In this document: in pieces, positions 1 to 9,308 of the stretch | Numbering within the stretch: the first letter of the stretch is position 1 | Layout of the letters: every line of letters starts with the position of its first letter | NCBI GenBank assembly: GCA_042408215.1 | Contig: JAYFMW010000005.1 | Location: forward strand, 644,363 to 708,362 | Reading direction: 5' to 3' | Source of the DNA: Microcoleus sp. | GTDB taxonomy: Bacteria; Cyanobacteriota; Cyanobacteriia; Cyanobacteriales; Microcoleaceae | Length of the DNA stretch: 64,000 bases | The notes under the pieces: generated by a model | What the model saw: the letters and a program-made list of their open reading frames with translations, nothing else | Told to the model about the DNA's origin: nothing | Databases searched by the model: none | Made by a program: the position numbers and the translations under genes

Positions 1-216
1 AGGGAATCGCTCGGAGCAGCAAAAGGGACTACTTACAATTTATGGCATAACCGCGGCTGGCGGTTGCTATAAAAATGAATTGATGAAAGTCAGTAAACTC
101 TAGTGGAGAACCGGGGTATAATCAAAAGTGAGGAGTGAGAATTTGGAACTCAAAATCAAGAGTTGTTATAAATTCTGACTTCGCAGTTAAAAATTATGAT
201 GTTTTAAAGTGCAATT

Positions 217-657
217 ATGGTAGAACTCTCGTGTAAAAGCGAATACGCAATCTTGGCTTTGCTGGAACTCGCTGATTGTTATGAAGAAGGTGAACCGCTG
301 CAAATTCGCCAGATAGCGGCTCAGCAAAATATTCCCGATCGATATTTAGAACAGTTGCTGGCTACCATGAGACGCAGCGGGCTGATTCGCAGCCAGCGAG
401 GAGCAAAGGGAGGTTATATCTTGGCGAGGGAACCCTGGAAAATTACACTCCTAGAAATTGTCAACTGCCTCGAAGGCTCTGATTTCGATCGCTCTGAAAA
501 AGACTCCCCGGCTCAAACTGTAGAAAGTGCCGTGATTTGGGAAGTTTGGCAAGAAGCGCGCTCAAGAGCTAACTCGGTTTTGCAAAAATACACTCTACAG
601 GATCTGTGCCAAAAACGCAATGGCAGGCGGCAGCTCAATATCATGTATTACATCTAG
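217..657 (+). CDS. Rrf2-family transcriptional regulator (CymR-like)
   Basis: Rrf2 wHTH motifs (EYAILALLELA, IPDRYLEQLL, SQRGAKGGY.LAR); directly upstream of cysK. Confidence 0.92.
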   Translation: MVELSCKSEYAILALLELADCYEEGEPLQIRQIAAQQNIPDRYLEQLLATMRRSGLIRSQRGAKGGYILAREPWKITLLEIVNCLEGSDFDRSEKDSPAQTVESAVIWEVWQEARSRANSVLQKYTLQDLCQKRNGRRQLNIMYYI

Positions 658-733
658 TGAAGGATATTAGACAAGAAAATCTGTAATTATTAGAAATTAA
701 CGATTGACCCTCAACAACAAACTGACAAAGATT

Positions 734-1696
734 ATGCGTATTGCTCGCGACATTACAGAATTGGTGGGCCGGACGCCCTTGGTGCAACTCAACCGTATTC
801 CCCAAGCCGAAGGCTGCTTAGCCCGGATTGTGGTAAAACTTGAAGGCATGAATCCGGCAGCGTCTGTTAAAGACCGCATCGGCGTCAATATGGTCAATGC
901 AGCGGAGGCCCAAGGGCTGATTACTCCGGGAACAACGGTTTTAGTGGAACCGACTTCTGGCAATACTGGCATTGCTTTGGCTATGGTGGCGGCGGCTAAG
1001 GGTTACAAGTTGATTTTGACAATGCCGGATACGATGAGCACGGAACGTCGATCGATGTTGCGTGCTTACGGGGCCCAACTAGAACTGACACCAGGAATTG
1101 AGGGGATGAGTGGCTGCATCCGTCGCGCTCAAGAGATTGTTGACAAAACGCCCAATGCGTATATGTTGCAGCAGTTTCGGAATCCAGCTAACCCGCAGAT
1201 TCACCGGGAAACAACAGCGGAGGAAATTTGGGAAGATACAGATGGTGAGGTGGATTTTCTGATTTCTGGGGTTGGGACTGGCGGTACGATTACGGGTATC
1301 TCGGAGGCGATCAAGTCGCGAAAACCTGGATTTAAGGCGATCGCAGTTGAGCCGGCTAACAGTCAGGTACTTTCCGGCGGAAAGCCTGGGCCTCACAAAA
1401 TTCAAGGTATTGGTGCTGGTTTTGTGCCGCCGGTGCTGAATGTTGATGCGATCGACGAGATTGTAGTTGTTACAGATGACGAGGCGATCGCCTACGGGCG
1501 GCGCTTAGCCAGGGAAGAAGGACTTTTGTCCGGTATTTCCAGCGGTGCGGCATTGTGTGCAGCTTTGACGATCGGCAAGCGTCCCGAAAATGCCGGAAAA
1601 TTGATAGTGATGATTCAGCCTAGCTTCGGCGAACGCTATCTGAGCACTCCCTTGTTCCAAGATCCCGAACTGAACCTGGCCGTGGCTGTCAACTAG
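734..1696 (+). CDS. cysK: Cysteine synthase A (O-acetylserine thiol-lyase)
   Basis: [16 protein letters not shown] (PLP lysine), [32 protein letters not shown]; probable ATG start at 734. Confidence 0.97.
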   Translation: MRIARDITELVGRTPLVQLNRIPQAEGCLARIVVKLEGMNPAASVKDRIGVNMVNAAEAQGLITPGTTVLVEPTSGNTGIALAMVAAAKGYKLILTMPDTMSTERRSMLRAYGAQLELTPGIEGMSGCIRRAQEIVDKTPNAYMLQQFRNPANPQIHRETTAEEIWEDTDGEVDFLISGVGTGGTITGISEAIKSRKPGFKAIAVEPANSQVLSGGKPGPHKIQGIGAGFVPPVLNVDAIDEIVVVTDDEAIAYGRRLAREEGLLSGISSGAALCAALTIGKRPENAGKLIVMIQPSFGERYLSTPLFQDPELNLAVAVN

Positions 1697-1730
1697 AGTC
1701 GCTTTGGACTTAAGTCGAGAAATACATTGA

Positions 1731-1765
1731 GAGCAGGGCGTACAATAAACGCTCTGCTTGATTTA
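1731..1765 (+). terminator. Hairpin after cysK, probable intrinsic terminator
   Basis: gagcagggcgt-acaataa-acgctctgct stem-loop just after the cysK stop. Confidence 0.5.
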
Positions 1766-2014
1766 TGGCTTCGTTCCTAGCCATAACAGAGGCAGCTACG
1801 GGAGATGATATTAGTGCTGAAGGTCGATCGACTTGCCACTACAAAAAAATCAATATTTTTATAAAATAGATTGTTATGATCGTTTGAAAACTTAGGTTTT
1901 TTTACTTACAATTGTTTGCATTTATCTAAGATAAATACTTAAAAAAATAGCAAACAACGAGGTAATTGTCAAGCATTTTTTCGCAGATTATCAATATTTC
2001 AAGGAAATAAAAGC

Positions 2015-2695
2015 GTGTCTTCCGTGATTAATCACTACCAAACCCTAAACGTTAACCCAACCGCAACACAAGCCGAGATTAAACAAGCCTACCGCCGTTT
2101 AGTCAAATTATTTCATCCAGATAGCAAGAGCAAAACAGCCGGTCACGAAGAGATTGTCCGGCTGAATGCAGCCTATGAAATATTAGGAGACTCGCAACAG
2201 AGGCAATCTTACGATCGCCAACTTTCCCAGCACACCAAACAGCAAGCACAAGCCGCTAACAACGTCAGCTACCAGCAAAAACAAACTGCACGCGACGCCG
2301 ACGAACAAATGGAACAGTGGCTGATGAAAGTATACAAACCAGTTAATCGAATACTCAACAGCATATTGAAGCCCCTCAAAAAGGAAATTGACCAATTATC
2401 AGCAGATCCTTTTGATGACGAACTGATAGAAAAGTTTCAAAATTATCTCGAAACCTGTCGCGAATTTCTCAAAAAAGCGCAAAACTTTTTTCGCTCAATG
2501 CCGAATCCATCTAATGTAGCTGGAGTTGCCGCTCATCTCTACTACTGCATCAATCAAGTGGGGGACGGAATAGAAGAATTGCATCTATTTACCCTTAATT
2601 ATGACGATCGACATTTGCACACCGGTCAAGAATTGTTTAGAATTGCTGCTAAATTGCGGCGGGAAGCACAGGCAGAATTGAAAGTGAAAGGTTAG
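2015..2695 (+). CDS. J-domain (DnaJ type III) protein
   Basis: N-terminal J domain with HPD motif (YRRLVKLFHPD...LNAAYEIL) and helical C-terminus. Confidence 0.9.
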   Translation: MSSVINHYQTLNVNPTATQAEIKQAYRRLVKLFHPDSKSKTAGHEEIVRLNAAYEILGDSQQRQSYDRQLSQHTKQQAQAANNVSYQQKQTARDADEQMEQWLMKVYKPVNRILNSILKPLKKEIDQLSADPFDDELIEKFQNYLETCREFLKKAQNFFRSMPNPSNVAGVAAHLYYCINQVGDGIEELHLFTLNYDDRHLHTGQELFRIAAKLRREAQAELKVKG

Positions 2696-2703
2696 CGAAT
2701 AAG

Positions 2704-2907
2704 TTATTGGTTATTGGTTATTGGTTATTGGTTATTGGTTATTGGTTATTGGTTATTGGTTATTGGTTATTGGTTATTGGTTATTGGTTATTGGTTATTG
2801 GTTCTTTGTTATTTGTTATTTGTTAGTTCCAATGCCCAATGCCCAATGCCCAATGCCCAATGCCCTATGCCCAATGCCCTATGCCCAATGCCCTATGCCC
2901 ATTCCAA
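2704..2907. repeat. STRR heptamer arrays (TTATTGG)n then (CCCAATG/CCCTATG)n between convergent genes
   Basis: Directly visible tandem 7-mers typical of filamentous cyanobacteria. Confidence 0.95.
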
Positions 2908-2916
2908 ATGATTGTA

Positions 2917-4413
2917 TCAAATCCCAAAAAGAAATTGAATTCGTTTCCGAATTTTCAGAAAGGGAGTTTGTTCCAGAGCATCATCATCTAACAATCCTAA
3001 ATCTCTCAAAGCTTGCTGGCGTTCCGACAATTTTTGAGCAATTTGATCGGCTAAATTCGGCTGTTCGACTAAAAGTTTCTGCAAGTCGTGGCGTTCCACT
3101 ACAAACAAAATAGCATCTTCCCTAGTCCGAACAGTCGCCGTTCTCGGAGTCCCCAACAGCAAAGATATTTCCCCAAAAAACTCCCCCTCATGAAGCGTAG
3201 CAATATATTTATCGGCTTTTTGAGAAAGAACTTCTACAGCACCCGAAAGAATAATATAAAAAGAATCGCCTGGGTCATTTTCTTTGCATACAACCTGTCC
3301 CGCTGGAAACAGTTGTCGGTAGCCGTATTCAATTAACTGCCGCAGTTCTAAATCCGTACATTGTTCAAAATAAGTTACTCGCCGCAACAAATCCCGCAAT
3401 GTCCAATTATTCAGAGATTTTTGCCCAGTTTTATTAGGCTCTGAAATGCTGGGATTTGGCTGAGGTTTTGAGTGCTTAGTATGCTGCGGAAAGACTTGGC
3501 CGTTAGAAATATCGGTGTCTCTGCTGTCAAAAACATTACTTAACTCTTGCGGATTTCGCAGCCACAAATCTCGCTGAGGAAAAGGAATTTCGATGCTGCG
3601 GTTGCGAAATTCGTAATCTATTAAAAAATTGATTGCACTTTTGATTGCATCGCTTTCCTGCGGCTGGTCAATCCACACTAAAAGGTCAAAGTTTAAAGCA
3701 TTATCTCCAAATCCGCGAAACCATACTTTCGGAGAAGGATGAGATAAGACATGGGATTCCATCCTTGCAGCCACTAACAGTGCTTCGGTAACTAATACTG
3801 GGTCAGTTCCGTAAGCAACGCCGACGGGGATGTGCAAGCGGCATCTGGGGTCTCTGTAACTCCAGTTAATAATGTTGGTTTCGACAAACTTAATATTCGG
3901 TATAATTACAAAGAGACCGTCAACTGTTTTAATGATTGTCGAGCGGATCGAAATATTTTCTACAGTTCCTAACAAATTTGCTATTTCAATAAAGTCTCCG
4001 ACTCTAATTTGCTGCTCGAATAGCAGGGTGAGACCGCTGATAAAGTTGCTGGCTAGATTTTGCAACCCGAAGCCAAAACCAATGCCGACGACGCCAGCTA
4101 AGACGGTTAGAGAAGTGAGGTTAATGCCAGCACCTTGCAGGACGAATATACAGCCAAAAGTTGCTAAAATATAGCTAATGATGGTGGAGATTGCTTCTCT
4201 ACTCCCTCGATCTAATCCCATCCGAACTAGCAGGCTGCGCTTGATACCTTCACTGATGACCCGAGCTACAATGAAGGCAAATACAGCTAATACAATTACT
4301 TTGAGGAGCGCGCTGATGGAAAAATGAGTGTCCCCAATATAAAATAACGGGGTTGTCAGCACACCAGACAAATTTTCAAAAAAACGATCGGCTCCTACAG
4401 TAATCCAATTCAT
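2917..4413 (-). CDS. MscS-family mechanosensitive channel with C-terminal cyclic-nucleotide-binding domain
   Basis: GIGFGFGLQNLASNFISGL and IEIPFPQRDL MscS motifs; GEFFGEISLL..PRTATV cNMP-binding motif. Confidence 0.93.
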   Translation of the reverse strand: MNWITVGADRFFENLSGVLTTPLFYIGDTHFSISALLKVIVLAVFAFIVARVISEGIKRSLLVRMGLDRGSREAISTIISYILATFGCIFVLQGAGINLTSLTVLAGVVGIGFGFGLQNLASNFISGLTLLFEQQIRVGDFIEIANLLGTVENISIRSTIIKTVDGLFVIIPNIKFVETNIINWSYRDPRCRLHIPVGVAYGTDPVLVTEALLVAARMESHVLSHPSPKVWFRGFGDNALNFDLLVWIDQPQESDAIKSAINFLIDYEFRNRSIEIPFPQRDLWLRNPQELSNVFDSRDTDISNGQVFPQHTKHSKPQPNPSISEPNKTGQKSLNNWTLRDLLRRVTYFEQCTDLELRQLIEYGYRQLFPAGQVVCKENDPGDSFYIILSGAVEVLSQKADKYIATLHEGEFFGEISLLLGTPRTATVRTREDAILFVVERHDLQKLLVEQPNLADQIAQKLSERQQALRDLGLLDDDALEQTPFLKIRKRIQFLFGI

Positions 4414-4767
4414 TAATATTTGGTAATGGGTAATGGGTAAATTGATTAGTAATTTTAATCTAAAATCCCTGGATCGGAAATCGAAAATCGGATGGGTAAT
4501 CCGTAATGGGCTTTCCAGACACCCAAATCAGTTAACAACGAATGGAGAGAGCGGATTTTGTAAGGAGATGATCTGGGGGATGTCTGGCATTGTGCGCTCT
4601 TACCAGCCCAACGGCTCTAGCTTTCGCGGCGTATTGCCCATAGGTGGAAAATTGGTATAAATTCATTGACAGCAACCTCAAAGTATTGGAAAATTCCAGC
4701 AAAAATTAGTTTATCCTTAAGAAGTAAGTCCTTGACAGAACTTAACAAGCTTACCTTACTTGACTTT

Positions 4768-5640
4768 ATGCAGTGCATCATCAATCGTCGGGCACAGTTT
4801 TCGGCGAGTCATCGTTACTGGCTACCGGAGTTGAGCGAAGCCGAGAATTTTGAGCGGTTTGGCCCAACTGCCCGCGCACCGGGACACGGACACAATTACG
4901 TTGTTTACGTTTCTATGGTAGGAGAACTCGATGAGTATGGTATGGTGCTCAACCTGTCTGATGTCAAACAGGTCATCAAGCGGGAAGTTACCAACTATCT
5001 CGACTTTTCCTATCTCAACGAAGCGTGGCCGGAATTTCAGGAGACTCTGCCAACTACCGAAAACATAGCACGCCAAATTTGGCAGCGGCTAGCTCCTCAT
5101 TTGCCTTTGAGCAAAATTCAATTGTTTGAACATCCAGAACTTTGGGCAGAATATTTAGGAAATGGAATGGAAGCTTATCTGACTCTCAGCACTCATTTTA
5201 GCGCCGCCCACCGGTTAGCTCGTCCCGATTTGAGTTTTGCAGAAAACTCGGAAATTTACGGCAAATGTGCTCGTCCCAACGGTCACGGCCACAACTATCA
5301 TTTAGAGGTGACTGTTAAGGGGGAAATGGATGGGCGGACTGGCATGATTGCCGATTTGGGGGCTTTGCAAAAGGCGGTTGATGATTATGTTGTTGAACCC
5401 TTGGATCACACTTTTTTAAATAAGGATATTGCTTATTTTGAGAAGATTGTGCCGACGGCGGAGAATATTGCCGTTTATATTGGGCAATTATTGCGATCGC
5501 CCATTCGCGAATTGGGAGCACAATTGCACAAGATCAAGCTGACTGAAAGTCCCAATAATTCCTGTGAAATTTACTGCGCTGATTTAGAGTCAGCGGCGGC
5601 TGACAATCAGCAGCGGGGAGCTATTTTAGCAGCAGTGTAA
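4768..5640 (+). CDS. queD: Tandem-domain 6-carboxytetrahydropterin synthase / PTPS family
   Basis: Two T-fold repeats, each with FSA(S/A)HR...GHGHNY and PT(T/A)ENIA; probable ATG start at 4768. Confidence 0.88.
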   Translation: MQCIINRRAQFSASHRYWLPELSEAENFERFGPTARAPGHGHNYVVYVSMVGELDEYGMVLNLSDVKQVIKREVTNYLDFSYLNEAWPEFQETLPTTENIARQIWQRLAPHLPLSKIQLFEHPELWAEYLGNGMEAYLTLSTHFSAAHRLARPDLSFAENSEIYGKCARPNGHGHNYHLEVTVKGEMDGRTGMIADLGALQKAVDDYVVEPLDHTFLNKDIAYFEKIVPTAENIAVYIGQLLRSPIRELGAQLHKIKLTESPNNSCEIYCADLESAAADNQQRGAILAAV

Positions 5641-5657
5641 AGTCAAGAATCCTGTTT

Positions 5658-5881
5658 GTAGGGGCGGGTTCACCAGAATATCGGTCATCAACCAGGTCAA
5701 ACTTAGTATCGGTTTTCCGTCTGAGTCACAATCTTTTCGATCCCCCCTAACCCCCCTTAACAAGGGGGGAAAAGAGCGTTCTCAAAGTCCCCTTTTTTAA
5801 GGGGGATTTAGGGGGATCGAGGCTTCGCTCGAAATGAGAGAGACAGAGGGTTTTAGTAATTCGATATAAACCCGTCGCCAC
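5658..5881. repeat. Nested palindromic dispersed repeats (CCCCCTTAA..GGGGGATTTAGGGGGATC type inside a GGGGCGGGTT..AAACCCG type)
   Basis: The inner motif family recurs at about 16905-16940, 45490-45800 and 61670-61750. Confidence 0.75.
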
Positions 5882-6071
5882 GCCATCATCCATTTATACT
5901 TATTTGACAAAAATGTTCGCCCCGTTTTCCTGATAAATCAGGGGCTGCGCGTATTTTGAAGATAGCATCCCAATCTCTTTCCTGTCGGCTATTTTAACTG
6001 CTGGTAGTACGATCGCGATCGCTGGATAGCTAACAACCAAGCACTAATTTATTCTAGACGAGTTGACGTTT

Positions 6072-8156
6072 ATGCGGGTCTCAAATGTAGCTCTCTTGAC
6101 TCTGGCTGCCCTAGCATCCCAGAATTTAACTGCTAAGACTAGCGCCACTCCTGCTGCACCAAGCACCATTCCTGAGACGGCGCGGGCTAGCAACTTTGTG
6201 GATGCGATCGATAGTACCACACCGCGTCCTGCTGAGTCAATTAGCGCTCCCGAAACGATCGCCAGCGAACAATTTTCGCCGAGGAATTGGGCCAAATCCC
6301 AGACTGGTTTGCTGGTTGCTGCTGCATCACCAGAGTTATCTGCCGCAGCCAAAACCAAGGCTAATATTTTTTCTGCATCCGGGGACGAATTAGCAAAATC
6401 TTTACAGGAAACCTGGCTGGCTAAATTAATTGAATCCGGGGTTGAAAGCACTCCCCAAGTTCGTGATGCTTTCGATTTTCTTGCGGCGCGTGCTGGTGTC
6501 AGTGCAGAATCTGAATACAGTTTTAATAGTACCACAACTATTCTGAATGTTTTGCTAATTATTGCGCTCCTATGTCCACCAGTGACAATTGCATTTTTTT
6601 GGTCAATCCGACGGGTAGTAATCCAACAGTTGGTGGCTGACACAAATCAAAGATTACAGGGGATTGGGGTCTTAGAATCAGAGCTAAAAAACTCAACTCA
6701 ATTAACTCAAAAGTTGAAAGATGAATTAGAATCGCAAATCAGTGCAGCTAAACAATCTGTTGATTTTTTAACTAGAGAAAGTGAACTTTCCAAATATTCG
6801 GTAGAGCAAATTGAAACTCTTAAATCTCAATTTATGATGCACCTGCAAGTTTTGCTTACCGAAGTTAACGAAAGAAAAACTCAAATTGTGCAAGAAATTT
6901 CCCAAGGCCCCGCAGTTGTTGCACAAGAAGCGGTCAAACTCGCACCTCAACCACAGCTTAATATTTCCGAACAGTCACCAGTTGAATCTGTTGGTAGCGA
7001 TGGGGAAAATTGGATTGCTGATGATTATATCAAGCAAGGTGAAGGGCTTTATTATGAACAGAATTATGCTCGGGCAGTTGTCTGCTTTGAAAAAGCTATT
7101 TTCTTGAATGATAATTTAGATCGGGCTTGGTATTGGTGCGGAAATGTGTTAATAAAGTTACAGCGCCTAGCAGAAGCGATCGCCTGTTATGACCAAGCAA
7201 TATCTCGGAAATCCGATCGATACGAATCCTGGTATTATAAAGCACATTTGCTGGTCAGATTGCAACGGTACGAAGAGGCGATCGTGTGCTACGAGCGAGC
7301 CAGCTCGATCGCTCCCAAAAATTACGCTCCTTGGCACAATATAGCAGCTTTATTGGGCAAATTGCAGCACTACGAAGAAGCCGTTGCTGCCTACGATCGC
7401 GCCCTAGCTATCAAAGCAACCGACAGCGAAATCTGGCACAACCGAGGGGCGATGTTAGGGAAACTACAAGAGTATGCACAGGCTGTCGATTCTTACGATC
7501 GCGCAATTTCTCTTAATCCCAATAGATACGAAACTTGGTACAATCGAGGCAATATGCTGTGGAAATTGTTCCGCTACGCCGATGCTGTGGTTTCTTACGA
7601 TCGGGCGATCGGCATCCAGCCTGAAAAATATGAAGTTTGGTACAATAGAGGCGCTGTGCTCGGAAGAATGCAGCGCTATCAAGAAGCGATCGAATCTTAC
7701 GACAAAGCAATTGCAATTAAATCAAACGACTTTGAATTATGGCACAACCGAGGGGTAGCTTTCGATAAACAGTCCCAGCACTCATCAGCAATTGCATCTT
7801 ACGAGCAAGCAATTATGATTAAGCCTGACTGTTACGAAGCCTGGTTTGGTAAAGGCGAATCCTTAGCAAAATTGCAGCAGCAAGAAGCAGCGATCGCAGC
7901 TTATGAAAAAGCGATTACTATCAAGCCAGAATCCTACGACGCTTGGCGTCATTTGGGGATAGTATTGTCAGAAGTAAAGCGCTATGAAGAAGCAATGGCA
8001 GCTTACGATCGAGCGATCGCCATCCAGCCAGAAAATGCCGAAGCGAGGCGCGATCGAGGCGCAGTTGTATCAGAATTAAAACAGGATACAGACAAAATTG
8101 AATCCGGTGAAAAAGAAACTGAAGTTAAGCCCAATTCGGTTGTTCAAAATTCCTAG
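6072..8156 (+). CDS. TPR-repeat protein with N-terminal signal-like segment, one TM helix and a coiled coil
   Basis: About 10 TPR units (WYNRG...YEEAIASYDRAI pattern); hydrophobic ILNVLLIIALLCPPVTIAFFW segment. Confidence 0.9.
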   Translation: MRVSNVALLTLAALASQNLTAKTSATPAAPSTIPETARASNFVDAIDSTTPRPAESISAPETIASEQFSPRNWAKSQTGLLVAAASPELSAAAKTKANIFSASGDELAKSLQETWLAKLIESGVESTPQVRDAFDFLAARAGVSAESEYSFNSTTTILNVLLIIALLCPPVTIAFFWSIRRVVIQQLVADTNQRLQGIGVLESELKNSTQLTQKLKDELESQISAAKQSVDFLTRESELSKYSVEQIETLKSQFMMHLQVLLTEVNERKTQIVQEISQGPAVVAQEAVKLAPQPQLNISEQSPVESVGSDGENWIADDYIKQGEGLYYEQNYARAVVCFEKAIFLNDNLDRAWYWCGNVLIKLQRLAEAIACYDQAISRKSDRYESWYYKAHLLVRLQRYEEAIVCYERASSIAPKNYAPWHNIAALLGKLQHYEEAVAAYDRALAIKATDSEIWHNRGAMLGKLQEYAQAVDSYDRAISLNPNRYETWYNRGNMLWKLFRYADAVVSYDRAIGIQPEKYEVWYNRGAVLGRMQRYQEAIESYDKAIAIKSNDFELWHNRGVAFDKQSQHSSAIASYEQAIMIKPDCYEAWFGKGESLAKLQQQEAAIAAYEKAITIKPESYDAWRHLGIVLSEVKRYEEAMAAYDRAIAIQPENAEARRDRGAVVSELKQDTDKIESGEKETEVKPNSVVQNS

Positions 8157-8446
8157 GTGTCAGGTAATCGCGAGGCGCACCTACAGCCGTCTGCTGTATT
8201 TCATCCGATTGAAAACTGCTCTCAGTTAGTGACGAGTATTTAACCAGATAATTAGTTGCCGGCATCAATGGTTGATCGAACCAGCCCCTACAGTTATTTA
8301 CGACTATTTAACCAGACTTGATATCGGGCAGTTAAATGCTTTTTGTCCAAGGTTTGTCAGCTAAATTTTTCCTCTTTTTTCCGCTCCGTTTGGGGCGGTT
8401 TTTTTATGGTAAATTTAGGTAAGCTGCAAACAAGGAGAATAGTTAT

Positions 8447-9008
8447 ATGTCTGTTCAGCTTCAAAAACGGTTATTTACAGTAAAAGAATATCATTTGATG
8501 ACTGAGGCTGGTATTCTCTCGGAGGGCGATCGGGTAGAACTCATAGAAGGGGAGATTGTGCAAATGGCTGCAATTGGAACTCGTCATGCAAGTTGTGTAA
8601 ACCGCCTCGCGCGGCGGTTCAGCTTGATTCCCGAAGATCTGGCGACTTTTGCTATCCAAAACCCAGTTAAGTTGACGGAGCGCACTGAACCTCAACCGGA
8701 TGTTGTATTGCTGCTACCTCGCGCTGATTACTATGCTACAGCCCATCCAGTACCGTCTGAAGTTTTGCTGTTAGTTGAGGTTTCAGATAGTACGGTTGAT
8801 TATGACAGAGATGTGAAAGTATCCATTTACGCTCGTTCAGGGATTCAAGAAGTTTGGCTGGTAGATTTAGTGAGAAAATTGTTTGGAAGTCTACCGCCAG
8901 CCAGGCCCGAACGGTTATAGTTTAATGCTCAAGTTTTGGCGCGGTCAACAAGTTGCGCCGCTGGCTTTTACCGAATTTGAAGTGAGCGTTGATTTTATAT
9001 TGGGTTAG
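8447..9008 (+). pseudogene. Uma2-family (DUF820) putative endonuclease with a +1 frameshift near 8873-8878
   Basis: FTVKEYHLM..G..RVELIEGEI, EPQPDV, LLVEVSDST.DYDR.VK; the shifted frame continues NCLEVYRQPGPNGY...FEVSVDFILG* to 9008. Confidence 0.85.
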
Positions 9009-9015
9009 AATAAGT

Positions 9016-9145
9016 AATGGCAGCTTACGATCGAGCGATCGCCATTAAGCCTGAGAATGCGGAAGCTTGGCGGAATCGAGGCGCAGTTGTATCAGAATTA
9101 AAACAGGATACAGACAAAATTGAATCGGGTGAAAAAGAGACTTAA
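9016..9145 (+). repeat. Diverged 127-bp copy of the 3' end of the TPR gene (7994-8120)
   Basis: aatggcagcttacgatcgagcgatcgccat...aattaaaacaggatacagacaaaattgaatc is present at both sites. Confidence 0.9.
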
Positions 9146-9308
9146 ATTCAGCTATACTGGCTTAGGGGCAAATAAGGTGAGCGCGATCGCGATTAGTACC
9201 GGTGACCTGGCGAGACTAACTGGTGGGTAGGTAGGCCAGGGGGGCCTGAGTTGCTAATGGAGTCCGGCTCTTCTGATAATTGTCTGAAAATTAGAGTGCT
9301 TTTACCAC

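Noticed and set aside
2714..3113. ORFs with LLVIGYW/PMPNAQC repeats
   Set aside because: They are translations of STRR heptamer arrays.
4433..4767. 75-aa ORF and N-terminal extension of queD
   Set aside because: This is the intergenic region between divergent genes; queD-like sequence begins at the ATG at 4768.
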